From: Octopus sinensis
Lineage: Eukaryota
Assembly: GCF_006345805.1 (NCBI RefSeq)
Contig: NC_042999.1
Span: 133,734,001 to 133,798,000 of the forward strand
Direction of reading: 5' to 3'
DNA length: 64,000 nucleotides
Under the pieces are notes generated by a model. It searched no databases and was not told where the DNA came from. It saw only the letters and a list, made by a program, of their open reading frames with translations. The translations under genes and the position numbers were made by a program. Positions 41,675 to 54,387 of the stretch are shown piece after piece. Numbering within the stretch: the first letter of the stretch is position 1; every line of letters begins with the position of its first letter.

Positions 41675-42506
41675 ATTTCAACAATTGAGGGTAAAATTAA
41701 TTAATTAATCAATTTCACCAAGTATTCAGTATGCAAAGGGACCATTTAAGGCGAATTCAAATTATTACATTATATAAAAGGGCTTAGTAAAATAAATTAC
41801 TTTGCCGCATACTGAACTCATTAGAAATAGCAGATAAAAAAAACTTTTTTAAAACTATTTCTAATACTTAAAGAAAACCTCTCTCATATAGTGTTTGCTC
41901 AATTCAACTCACGAAAGTATGGGGGTAAAGACATTAAAAAATCAAATGCAAAGGTTATTTGAGAACGTACGTTTCAAGATTAGTCAAACTCGACACTTCT
42001 ATCATCAGCTCAGAACTCCTTGGTTTGGATTTGAAAACACTGAAAGTGGGAGCATACCCTTTCGGCTTCTTATCGCTTCTGAAGATCTGCTCGAAACTAA
42101 CAGTGCCAGCAAACTCAAATATGCAAGCGAAGAATTTCTGCTCTCCCCTTTCCACCAGCGTGGGTTAAAATCAGCAAACACTATGCTTTTTTCGGTAAAA
42201 TCCGAGGCATTAAATAGAGAGAGATGAATTATAATTTCAACAATTGAGGGTAAAATGAATTAATTAATCAATTTCACCAAGTATTCAGTATGCAAAGGGA
42301 CCATTTAAGGCGAATTCAAATTATTACATTATATAAAAGGGCTTAGTAAAATAAATTACTTTGCCGCATACTGAACTCATTAGAAATAGCAGCTAAAAAA
42401 AACTTTTTAAAAACTATTTCTAATACTTAAAGAAAACCTCTCTCATATAGTGTTTGCTCAGTTCAACTCACGAAAGTATGGGGGTTAAAAAATCAAATGC
42501 AAAGGT

Positions 42507-42511
<5 letters not shown>
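41675..42511 (-). mobile_element. R-U-R direct-repeat element in (TA)n, retrozyme or non-autonomous Penelope-like
   Basis: About 280-bp repeats at 41675-41960 and 42234-42511 (period 551-559 bp) around a ~275-bp unique core. (TA)n lies on both sides, and there is a hammerhead motif at the U/R junction. Confidence 0.7.
41960..42012 (-). ncRNA. Type I hammerhead ribozyme motif
   Basis: Minus strand reads UGAG-CUGAUGA-U AGA AGU GUC GAGUUU GAC UAA UCU U-GAAA-C GUAC G-U-U/CUCA. Core boxes are intact, stem I is UGAG/CUCA, stem III is the palindrome ACGUACGU, and a GUU cleavage triplet ends at 41964. Confidence 0.7.
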
Positions 42512-42544
<33 letters not shown>

Positions 42545-42559
42545 GCACTATATACATGC

Positions 42560-42955
42560 ACACATACATATACATACATGCTTACATACATACACAACAC
42601 ACGCACACACACACACAAATATATATATGCTTATATACATTACATACATACATACATACATACATACATGCATGCATGCATGCATGCATACATACATACA
42701 TACATACATACATACATACATACATACATACATGCATGCATGCATACATACATACATACATATACATACATACATAATACATACATACATACATACATAC
42801 ATACATGCATGCATGCATGCATACATACATACATAATACATACATACATACATACATACATACATACATACATACATGCATGCATGCATACATACATACA
42901 TACACATACATACATACACATACATACATACATACATACATACATACATACAAGT
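42560..42955. repeat. (CATA)n array with (CATG)n blocks
   Basis: Directly visible. Confidence 0.95.
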
Positions 42956-44715
42956 GTGTATATATAATAGTATATATAATAGTATGTATATAAACACTCA
43001 CTCTTCTCTATCAAACTTTAAGCAATGTTTTGAAAATCATTTTGTTATACACTGAGTATACATAAAAGCATAAAATCTTCAAATTAATGCGGGGAAAATC
43101 GTATTCTTAGCTTTCTTAGTCTTGTGAGCAACCTATCAGATTATTTTCCCCACCGAATAATGTTATTATTCTTCCATTCGTATTTCGCAGCCTTTCAAAG
43201 TTGATCAGAGTTTGCAGTTTATTTTTACGAGATGGTGTGTGCATGCAACTCTGAGTGTATTTCAACAATTGTAAAGCATGTTTGATGGAGGATCTTGCAG
43301 TATCCCTTTTTCCACACGAATAAAAAAGATCACTTTCCAGCAAGCAAAAATTATATCGTAGGGAAAAAAAGATTAAAAAAAACAGGTAATTTTTTTAACC
43401 TGGCAGTGATATTACCCATAGTGGGAAGTTGGAAAAAATGGTCTGAGAAAAACTTACTGAAATTTTTGTTCTGGAAGATTCAAGTACAGATTTGATTTCC
43501 ATAGAGAATACATCTGGGTAAGCCGGTGATATTGATGCCCTTAAGTTCCGCTTGAATTGTATAACATCGATGCAGGAGCTATATATGCAAGGAGAAAACT
43601 TGTAATTTCAAGAAAGAGCCGTTAGTAGATTTCGTGATAGTCTTTGGAAATTACTGTATCTTAAGTGTTGCGTAAATTTGTGCTTAATAAATGCTTGTGT
43701 TTTAAAAAAAAGTAAAATAAAAAAAATACACGGATTATAAACGGACAGTAAGAACGTTTAAATGGTACTGCATGTGAGTGGGTCGCATGCAGCCATTTCA
43801 TCTTCATTGATTTCATTGTACGTATTGCTATTTTTCATTTATTTTATGTTTTTGACCCCGCTGTGCTGTCCTGTCTGTCTTTGTACTGTCCCCTCTGTGT
43901 TAGGGGATCTTGTAACTGTAATAAAGATCATTATAATTTATAATTTCCTAACAGGAGACGTGCATATACATCCATATTCCCCTTGAAGACGGAACTGCTA
44001 ACTGTTATTATCTTTTACTCCGGCTCTCTTTAATTTTTCAATCATAGATCTACTCACCATTATTATCTTTCATTAAGGATGCTCTTTAAATCTTCGATGG
44101 ACTGGTAACTTACAAATACCATTTATTAAGAATATTCCTTAAATCTTTCTCTCGGAAGATGGTTTAGTTGGCTTACATGAATGTCTTTGGTGAAAGACAT
44201 ATGCTCCAGGTACTCAGATACAGGTACTCGAAACAATTGTAAGAGATTTTACACACTATTTCTTAATCCCTTATTTATTCTAGCCAATCTTTAATTAGGT
44301 TTACATTATAAATTACATACCATAAAGTGATACCACGTTTTACTTGTTCATTTACCTTTTCTAATATACGCATAATTTATCTATGTTTATATCTATCAAC
44401 CTATCTATCTACCTGTCTACCTATCTATCTACCTAACTACCTATCTACCTATCTACCTACCTATCTACCTATCTATCTACCTATCTACCTATCTACCTAT
44501 CCATCTACCTATCTATCTACCTACCTACTTACCTACCTATCTATCTCTATCTCTATATCTATCTCTATATCTATCTTTATATCTATCTTTATATATATCT
44601 CTATCTCTGTCTCTCTATATCTATCTCTATATCTATGCATGTCTCTCTCTATATCTATCTCTATCTATATACACGCACACATACATATGTATCTACGTAC
44701 TTATGCATGTATGTA

Positions 44716-45118
44716 TACTCTTTTACTCTTTTACTTGTTTCAGTCATTTGATTGCGGCCATGCTGGAGCACCGCCTTTAGTCGAGAAAATCGCCCCCGGG
44801 ACTTATTTTTTGTAATCCCAGTACTTATTCTATCGGTCTCTTGCCGAACCGCAAAGTGACGGGGACGTAAACACACCAGCACAAACACAGGGACAAACAC
44901 AGATACACAAACATACATATATATATATATACACATACATATATATATATACATATATACGACAGGCTTCTTTCAGTTTCCGTCTACCAAATCCACTCAC
45001 AAGGCTTTGGTCGGCCCGAGGCTATAGCAGAAAACACTTGCCCAAGATGCCACGCAGTGGGACTGAACCCAGAACCATGTGGTTGGTTAGGAAGCTACTT
45101 ACCACACAGCCACTCCTG
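44716..45118 (-). mobile_element. SINE family 1, full length
   Basis: Colinear with 20196-20586; B-box GGTTCAGTCCC and A-box TGGCTGTGTGG on the minus strand. Confidence 0.92.
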
Positions 45119-45890
45119 TATGTATGTATGTATGTATGTATGTATGTATGTATGTATGTATGTATGTATGTATGTGTTTGTGCTTATGTTTCTGTATGTA
45201 TATATTTCATACATGTAAGTATGAAATATGTTTATTTATGAAGTATACAGGTATATACCATGTGTTGTTTTCTCCATACATTTACGTAGGGAAGCTATTT
45301 ATTTCACAATAAAATAAGTGGCTTGACAATTTGTTGACAGAAATTACGAGATCAAAGAACAGCTGACTAAATCATCTTCTAGGCAGAATTAAATTGGTTG
45401 TGAAATCTATCATTTCTCATTTTTACTACCAAATTTACCGCCTGGATGTTCCTATCCTATTCCTTCTCCCATCCTTTCATATCCAGCATTAGGCATATCT
45501 TGAGACCTGAAACTGATTTCTTCATTTGATGACGACTAAACATTTAAGTATGTTCACTATACTATTAATAGGTAACAGTTATGAATTAAACGTAACCGAA
45601 TAAACGTGTAGTTATACTTCAGAAGTGATCTGTTGTTGCTGGTTCAGCTTGTAAGTCATATGGATATCAAGAAAATTCTAGCTATTGATGGAGTAATAAA
45701 ACTGTCATCAGTTATTGCAGAAGCAGTAGGTATGAAAGTAGTTTTATAGTGTGATCATATGAATTTCCCCCTGAAGTATAAATATACCAAAGTAGTCCTA
45801 GTTCACTTAGTTGACATGTCACAAACTACAGAGAATTAACATTAGCTCTGACGACTCCCGAAATAGTGGACGTCTCACGCATAGAGAAAG

Positions 45891-45936
<46 letters not shown>

Positions 45937-45954
45937 ACGTAGTTATATATATAT

Positions 45955-46007
<53 letters not shown>

Positions 46008-46009
<2 letters not shown>

Positions 46010-46196
46010 CAGGCATCTTTCAGTTTCTGTTTAACAAACCCACTCACAAGGCTTTGGTCACCCGAGGCTCTAGCAGAAGGTACCTACCCAAGTTCCTCGG
46101 AGTAGGACTGAAACCGGAGCCGTGGGTTGGAAAGCAAACTTTTTACTGCAAAGCCACACCTGCGCCTAGCCACGCCTGTGCCTAGTCACGCCTGCG
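46008..46196 (-). mobile_element. SINE family 1, 5' half with triplicated 16-bp head
   Basis: agccacacctgcgcct / agccacgcctgtgcct / agtcacgcctgcg. Confidence 0.8.
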
Positions 46197-46479
46197 AGAA
46201 TATCATGCAATATATTTATAATCTACCCCGTCATAATAATCTATCTATCAAATAAAGTGAAAAAATAATTCTGTTTTCCTTCATACGATGTCTAACTTCA
46301 GTGAAATGGCACTCCACAGAGTCGTTCATACGAGAAATCACAAAATTTAGTTCTTGGTGACGCTATGTTTACAAGGGTAAGAAGTATATTTGTGGACACT
46401 TAATTATCAGAATATTTTTTAATCTCTTGAAGTGATTTAAAAGGTTTTATTTCTTCTTTCAGATTCTCATGGCAGATAA

Positions 46480-47120
46480 AATGCTAACACAAGAAATGAA
46501 AAGGCATGCAATCATTGTTGACCTGCAAAACACACAGATTTTGAAAATACTAATTTTCTAAATGTTGCTAGATCTTTTGCACACAAAGTTGAGACGGAAT
46601 TGGAAGCCTCTGGCAGGAATATTTCAATTTTACGAAAGAGAAAAAGAATATAAATATTCGGAGACCCAAAGGACAGCACAATATGTAACGCGTTCAAAGC
46701 ATTATCGATGATGACTCCCAAAATCAAATTGTATGCACTGAAGAGAGGCATATTCATATCTACAAAGACACAAGAAAACTGTTTGATTCGTGTCAAGCGG
46801 TTACTTAACAAGGTCAAAAAGTTTCACGAACATGGCAGTTCCGGTTCTTCTTTCAAGAACTTCGATGAAGACCAAAATTCTAACAGGAGAAATGACAGAC
46901 AGTTATTTGCAGACCATTCTGTTGTTCTCAGAGTGATGCAAAGTCAGTTTCCGGCAGCTGTAACAGTTATAGGAGTGGAGAAAAAAGATCATGTTGTGCC
47001 ACCTCATTTTTTCACATGGTCTTAGAATTAATGCTACTGGTCACGTTAAGGTGACGAAGAAAGTGGAAGGTCTTATGTATTTTAACAAAAGTCAACACCT
47101 TCTCATAAAGCCCATGAGAA
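46480..47120 (+). pseudogene. maT/DD37D-like Tc1-mariner transposase relic
   Basis: MLTQEMKRHAII..NVARSF..; KNFDEDQNSNRRNDR.LFAD..FPAAVTVIGV..HVVPPHFF resembles SDEKNF.QD.K.N.RNDRW..KFPA.VMV..VMPP.FF. Confidence 0.7.
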
Positions 47121-47759
47121 TGGCTGCTGCATAGTGTGAATTTAGCCTTGCGAAGAGACAATAGGTTCTCTAGGGGTTACAGAGATTCTATACCTAGCGC
47201 ACATACGTGGGCCATAATTTAAATTCATTAATAGGGCATAATTTGTTTATTACAAGCTGACACAGTATATGCAAACAGAGTTGGCAATTACGATCTCCAG
47301 GAGAATAACGAGTTCCCAATCAAGAAAGCATAACATGATGTTCAGGAAGTCACTTCTTTGGTGTCATGTTCTCTAGATGAAGAGGTACAGGACGGTAGAG
47401 TTTTCCTAGTCCTTAAACAGCAAAGTTCGCATAAACTCTTTAATATCCATAAGATAAAGGTTAGCTATTCATGCTTAGATAATATCGTTTCCATTAATCC
47501 AGGCTATAACAGTAACAAATATGTTCTTACTTCTAATGAAACTATTTATAGATCACCAAATTGGCTTTCCATGCAGTTAGTAACAAGAGCTAGTTGTTAA
47601 CTGTTAATGTCACTACCAGTATACTCTTTCTCTTTCTTCTGCTACAGTCGCTTTCAATATCCTTATGGAGGAGAAACCCTCTGAAGACACGCTTTCTCCC
47701 TGGAAACCATCAGAAAGATCATTCGAATTTCACTAACAAATATTTTGTTATTTTCAAAG

Positions 47760-49650
47760 GAAGCAAATATCATTTCCGCAGAAAGTGTTCCTCCTGCTGC
47801 AATAGAAACGTACATGGTGTCCTTGTAGATAAATCTAAGAAAAAGAAGGTCTTAGATTCGCTTCTCTGTCAGACAAAACAGACCAACGGTAAATAGAAAT
47901 GTCAGTAGATATTTCACAGCAAATGATTAATGAGATACGTGTGTATTGTCGGCATGTAGGGAAGGATGTCATTAAAGAAGTTATCGGTGAATTCAGCTTT
48001 TGATGCAATGAGAAAGCAGATGATATTTTTGAAATAACAGATCACTTTTTAAAAACCTAGTTTAAAATAGGAAAAGACGCTGCACAAATGACGGGAGATA
48101 TCACTGTTAGGACCAATGTCAAACATCTTTAGTTCTATTGCTATTTCAAACCAATGCCACTTTATGAAATTCTCATACATCGCATGGTCCACCAGATTGC
48201 TTTTGTCACGCTGGTTAGTTATCCCGTACATTATCGCTGATAGTAAAATGTTTTATTCTTAGCAGCTGGTGACTGATGTCCTTGGTCTCTGACACATAAA
48301 TATTCTTCTTAGTTAAGTCATGTCTTTGTATAACTGAAGAGCATACTATCCACTTAGATGTGCAATTATAAACTGTATGTATGCGATACTCTGTAGGTTG
48401 GCGGAACCAAACAATGTGTCCACTCACAATGCTGTAATTGAAATTTGTCTGCACTTAGCGGTAGTGTACATTCTAGCATAGTGTTTGACATACGAGAAGC
48501 TATTGATATTCCACTTCAGCACTTTTTTTATATTTGTCCAAGATGAATAGGAGAAATAGTGCGGTTAGGAAACAGTACTCTCAGCTATTGTATTTGTGCT
48601 GTTGCTTGAAAATGGTCTCTCAGGTAGAGAGAGGAACTGCTTGGGTCGAAATTTGCTGTTGCAACACTGTTACTCAAATTGTACATTATTTAGAACTTTT
48701 TTTAGTTGTGTAGATGACTTGTGGGCGTGTCCGCGTATGACGAGTTACGACGAGTAAGGCACTATTTTGTGTTTCTTTTATGTAGCTTATTATGGTTTAA
48801 TTGCGAAACATTAGAGTCCCACGTACGAATGACATAGGCTGTGATATATCTAATGTGTTGTTTGCATGCTTTTATTTATTTCTGTTGGACAAATGAATGC
48901 GGTAGCTGTGATTACTTAAAGTATTTCGGGATATCGCTTTACTTTACTTTACTTCAGTATATTATGGATATTGTGTAGAGGTGTGTATAATTCAAAATAT
49001 TTTTAATGTTTGTGTACGATTTCTGTTTTCGAGTGAGAATATTTTATTACACGTTTTCTAGTATTTCTAGTAAGTAGGAAGACAATAAGTAGATTTGGTA
49101 AGTGCCTCTTTATGTATGTTGTGGATAAAGGTCTTTAAACGATTTAAAATAGTCTTGATATTGTTGTGGAAAGTGTAATTTGTAGAAGGATGGAAATGCG
49201 ACGTCATCTGCGTACAATGTTTTCTATATGTTTTCTAGCGGCTTGGCAGGATTCCTGAACTTGACTTGTGGATTTGATATAAAATTCTTACAGATCGCTG
49301 AACCTGCTATTCGAGCACTTTTGTCATTTCTTTCAACATGGCTTTGGGAATTGATATTCTCAGTATTGTTGGAGATTAAATCAAAACATAGATTTAATCC
49401 CAAGACATCTGAAGATAATCGTTTGCAATTGCTAAAGTTTCTTCTTACTTGTTGCTTAGAAAAAGACAAGTTCAGCGAACTCACAACCTAAGACTGACAT
49501 ATTCAATAAATTGATCACCGAGTATCCTAAGAAGCTGGAATGGGAACGTAAAGGATATTTCTCAAGTCTTTCACTAACAATTATAACTTGAGAACCCATC
49601 GGAGAACTCAAAAGGGTTCAGACGAACCAAAATGTTTTGGGTACTTGATC
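47760..49650 (+). pseudogene. hAT (Buster/Charlie-type) transposase relic, interrupted
   Basis: EMSVDISQQMINEI near 47900; DAAQMTG (DGA.AMTG) near 48075; dimerisation domain IAEPAIRALLSFLSTWLWELIFSVLLEIKSKHR (LLPF.STYLCE.GFS.L..IK.K.R) at 49290-49400. Confidence 0.65.
48215..48454 (-). pseudogene. Possible Penelope-like GIY-YIG endonuclease fragment
   Basis: NCTSKWIVC..IYVSETK..RIKH resembles C.S.NVVY..YVGET..R..H. A second Penelope-like piece, KLFNIHKIKVSYSCLDNI, lies at ~47430-47510 (+). Confidence 0.35.
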
Positions 49651-50129
49651 TATGGGAGCTCTGGTTCAAATCCTAATAGAGAATGAAAAAAGTGAGAATC
49701 CTACATACGTAAATCTGGGAAACTTTTCGAACGATAGATTATCAACACACAAAAAACGATAGAAATTTGGAACAATGCGAAGTAGCAAGAAATATAGTGC
49801 TACATGGGTAATGCAGTTATAATGTGGGGAAGGAGCTGATAAAAATTGGTCATGAAATGTTTTATGGTGTAGTCCAATGCATAGTCTAAGAATCAGTATC
49901 CATAGAGTCTGAGACTTCTTCAATTTAAATTCTTTTCGTTTTCGAATTAATCATATATATCATAAGTTTTGTCAACGAGAATAAGATTAATGTATTCTAT
50001 TCATGTTGTAAATATGTTGGAAGTTTCACTGAACATGAGCATTCTAGAAACCTATTCAACAACATTGTCTCTGCTACTACTTGCAACTTCATGAACACAG
50101 AGAATTGCCTTCATGACGTTAATTACAGT

Positions 50130-50285
50130 AGCGGTTACAAATTTTGGCACACGGCCAGCAACTTCAGAGCATGGCAGGCTAAGTCGATTACATCGATCCC
50201 AGTGCTCAACTGGTACATATTTTATCGACCTCGAAAGAATGAAAGGCAAAGTCGACCATAGCAGAATTTGAACTCAGAACGTAAA
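50130..50285 (-). mobile_element. SINE family 2, alternative-tail variant, partial
   Basis: ttttggcacacggcc..agtcgattacatcgatcccagtg..tttatcgacctcgaaagaatgaaaggcaaagtcgacc..atttgaactcagaacg. Confidence 0.8.
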
Positions 50286-50865
50286 GAAACAGTTCGTTGA
50301 TTGGAGCAGTAAATTCTAAAGCAAATCGAACATTATCATTTTCGCTTTATTTTTAAGCCTACCCATACGCTAAAAGTTGTTTTTCTTGCACTGTTTCTTA
50401 CAGAAACGCAATCATTAGAGCGTATCCCGGTTTCGGAGATGTATCATCGAGGTCATCTACTGCCACAAGTAATTTCAGGTGAATAGACTGGAACGAAAAG
50501 AAATGAAATACTTTGTTCAAGGAAGTACCGCATACTCTGTCAAGCAATTGAATACATAATTGCATGGTCCTGATTCCAACATTCTACGTACAAGACATAC
50601 TCTTCTATATCTGTATATGCACAAATAAGTTCTCTTTAATATATTGCTCTAAATCAATAAACCTTATCCTTATCTCACAAACTATCATTTATGTATGCAA
50701 GAACTATTATATAATATCCTTTTGTAGTTCCTCGCCAAACAACCAGCCCTGTGTTCTTATTATATACATATATTTCATGTTGCGTTTTTCATAATCGACA
50801 GAATATCGGCAACGAAAAACACAGTGAAGATTTGGGAACTTTCAGCTTCCAACAAATCTCCTTTT

Positions 50866-50922
<57 letters not shown>

Positions 50923-51417
50923 TACACACATATATATATATTTATATGTATATGCATATGCGTGAATGTGTGTGTTAATATTAGTGAGTGTGCGTGTGTA
51001 TTAGTGATTATTTATTGTGTGGCAAAAATTGGCAAACTGTCCGTATTTTGTTGACAGTTGTCCGCGAAGAAATGATTAGTAGTTGACACTAAATCAAGCA
51101 GGAAGATCTGATTAAAAGGGACAGCTGCTGACTTCTATCTTACCTGACAATACTACAACTGAATACTTTCGCAACTGTCATGATTTATTAGACACAGCGC
51201 GCACTCATACACGTACAAATACAAATACACACAAAACAGCCGCGCAAACAACGCACATATCACTCACAGACACACGCTCAAAAGGAATCACAAATACGCG
51301 CATGAAAGAAAAACCCCGCAGGCTCAGACATACACAATCGGCCCCTTGCAACACACATACAGGAATATACGCACAGACAACCACAATCACTCAAACACAC
51401 TCGCAGGCAAATATATT

Positions 51418-51477
<60 letters not shown>

Positions 51478-51567
51478 AGTACCAAGATCATACACACACG
51501 CTCTCATATATATCATGCATATGAACACGTGTGTATACATACATACATACATACATACATACATACA

Positions 51568-51601
<34 letters not shown>

Positions 51602-51604
51602 CAT

Positions 51605-51661
<57 letters not shown>

Positions 51662-51671
51662 CACACATATG

Positions 51672-51706
<35 letters not shown>

Positions 51707-51948
51707 TATATATATATGTACATATATATATATATATATATATATTTACATATATCTATATTCATATGCACACACACACACGCACACATGTTCGTGCATG
51801 TGTCAGTGTATGTGTGTATAAGTTATGAGGTAGATTACATACATAATGTAACTTGAAGTGGTTTTATTAACTAAAATTATCCTAGCGATTTGAACACAAA
51901 ACCTTCCTCTAGGGTATTTATACATACAAATATATGTATGTATAAATA

Positions 51949-53168
51949 CGAAGGACTGTCGTAAAGTTCATAGGCTCACCTGATCGAGACACCCTCATGG
52001 AATGTGACCAAATGTGGTTTATTTTCAATGTGGTTCTGCTTGCTGTCCATACACTTCTTCCATCAGTGTCGTAGTGTTTGTATCCCATTGGTGAAGCAGT
52101 ATTCATCCTGTTAGTCCAAAAAATCATCAGTAGCAGACATGACATCATCATCACTGTGACAATGGTTTTCGGTGAATTGTTTTTCGTGTCTGGAAACATC
52201 ATAGTTAGACGGAGCCAAATCAGTAGAATAGTGAGGCAAATCAACCAGTTCAAAGTCACAGTCACGCACAGGTGCCATTGAAAGCAAGGATTTTTTTGTC
52301 CTGGATCATTGTCCTCATGAAACAAGATTCCTTTCGTCAGTTTTCCTGGGCGTTTGGTCTTGATTGCCTTTCGTAACTGCCTCAGCAAGTTGATATGGTA
52401 CTTTCCCTTGATGGTGTGGCCCGTTTGAAGTTAGTCAATAAACAAAAAGCCATCACCTTCCCTGCAAATGAAACGATATTGGTCTTCTTCGGTTATTTCT
52501 ATTGTATAGATTGTTTCTTTATTTCTTGCTCAAATTGATGAACCCTACACTTATCCTAGCTTAGGAAGCGTTCAAGGAAACCTGCAGGATTCGCCGGAAA
52601 CAGTGTCAGATTTTCCTGTGATGTGATCAATTTAGATCGGGAGTCAGACGACATAGTACTCACGGAGCAGAAACCTTCGTCGTTTCAAGCTCACCGTGCA
52701 GAATATTGCCAGCTCTCTCAAGGTATATGCTTAATAGCATTGAATATTTGATTCATAGTCAATCACATCTCATACATCAACATGTAGTGAACACGATCAA
52801 TGTTTCTTTTGCGGGTGGCAGGGTGTCCAGACCGTGGATCATATTCATGACTCTGCCTTCCTCTCCTAAACTCAGTTGTTCACTTTTGCACTGTTGATAA
52901 AGCTGGAGCGTATCCTCTAATATAGTAAGAATGTAAGCCTCAATGTCGTTGGGAACTAAAACCTTTTTCTGCAGGTATTTGATAACAGCACAGTACCAAA
53001 CTTTGTCCATTTTCATGAGAAGTCGCTACTAGTTACATTTGAAGTGTTCTCTGAAGAGCCAAATGTCAGTAACCAGGAAATATACAAAGCATTTATTAAG
53101 AATAGTTGAAATTTATGCATGTAAGATTTGACAGCTTATTCATAGTCAGCCTGTGAACTTTTGCAGCC
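51949..53168 (-). mobile_element. Near-complete defective mariner element (~1.22 kb)
   Basis: Degenerate TIRs (CGAAGGACTGTCGTAAAGTTCATAGGCT / AGCCTGTGAACTTTTGCAGCC). Frame-broken MDKVWYCAVIKYLQKK..TKVSAP..LTPD..FLERFL..QLRKAIKTKRPGKLTKGILFHEDN..HYSPDLAPSN. Confidence 0.85.
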
Positions 53169-53224
53169 ACACACACACACACACACACACATATGGCGAG
53201 AGAGACAGAATACTATGGAACACC

Positions 53225-53490
53225 TCTCACCAAAAGCCTATGTGTTGTACTCTGGAGGAAGATACTTTATTTCATGTTGCTTCAGTTCAATCCGCTGTAG
53301 AAATGAGTTGCGAACGTCACAGGCGCCAAGCTGTATCGACTTTTGGTTTTTCCCTTGGATAACATCGTTAACATGGAGAGGAGAGGCTGGTCTGCATGGG
53401 TGACTGTTGATCGTACATAACCAACCTCACCCGGACTTGAGCCTCAGAGAGGGACTTTCTAGATGCAATCCCATGTGGGTTTTTATCCTT
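53225..53490 (+). mobile_element. SINE family 3, 5'-truncated
   Basis: gctgtagaaatgagttgcgaacgtcacaggcgccaagctgtatcg..ggacttgagcc..ctttctagatgcaatcccatg. Confidence 0.85.
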
Positions 53491-53834
53491 TTCCGTAATA
53501 TGTGTGTGAGTGTGTGTGTGCGTGCGAGTAAAGATACATATATGCATGTATGTATGTATGTCTCACTGAATCGACGACAAGACTACTAGATGTTTCATAC
53601 CCGGCAGGTCACATTGCACTTCATCACATTATTGTAGCTTTTGAATGACCTGCTCCCCGCCCGCTGCCTAAGCGTGCCAGCTGTCGTTTAAACATGGCTA
53701 GTGAGGAGGTGCTTCGAAGTTACTATCATAATATTCCTTGAAAAATAAATTATACACTACTAAAAAGTATAGAGTATCCCTTCTGCTTTTATACATGCGA
53801 TGAAAGTAGAAAATAGAAAATAGAAAATAAAATA

Positions 53835-54387
53835 TTGGGTTGTCCGGAAAGTTCATGCCGATTTCGACTTATTTTACAACATGGTTGAATCCATAAAATA
53901 AGATTTGACTACACCTCCATTTAGAGCACAGTTTAAGCTATCTTTTCGTGGAAGAAGGTTTATGTTCCTATAACCTGTGTTAATTCTGCAACCCTTTAAA
54001 ATGGAAGATAAGAAAGTTCATTTTTTGGCACTTGATGCTTTGGAAACCAGACAAAAATTGCTGCAGCTCGGCTGGGATGTGTTACCCGCCCCCCTCCATA
54101 TACACCAGATATTGCTCCTTCGGATTTCCACTTATTCAGGTCTCTGCAGAATAGTCTTAATGGTAATAATTTCAATTCCTTCGATGACGTAAAAAGATAC
54201 CTTGATGGATTCTGTGCCATGAAACCACCTCAATTCTGGGAAGAGGGTATTTTCAAGTTAAAGGAAAGATGGAGACGCATTGTGTAACAAAATGGTTCAT
54301 ATTTGGTTGATTAAAAATGTAAGGGCAAGTATTTATTGACCCATTTCTTTCATTTAAAAATCGGCACGAACTTTCCGGACAACCCAA
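53835..54387 (+). mobile_element. Internally deleted mariner (553 bp) with intact TIRs and TA TSD
   Basis: TIR TTGGGTTGTCCGGAAAGTTC(A/G)TGCCGATTT matches 29/30. Carries ETRQKLLQLGWDVL..YTPDIAPSDFHLFRSLQNSL..WEEGIFKLKERWRRIV. Confidence 0.92.

Noticed and set aside
42079-42100. Second hammerhead-like core on the + strand of the R-U-R element (CTGAAGA-tctgctc-GAAAC)
   Set aside because: No stem II, position 17 would be G and there is no stem I. It would matter (ribozymes of both polarities) only if the family consensus restores it.
43980-44300. Possible CR1/L2 LINE 3' end on the minus strand
   Set aside because: Only a vague LN.LP motif; not supportable.
45850-45880. CTGACGA-ctccc-GAAA..GTC hammerhead-like string
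   Set aside because: Only 5 nt between the boxes and no pairing for stems I-III.
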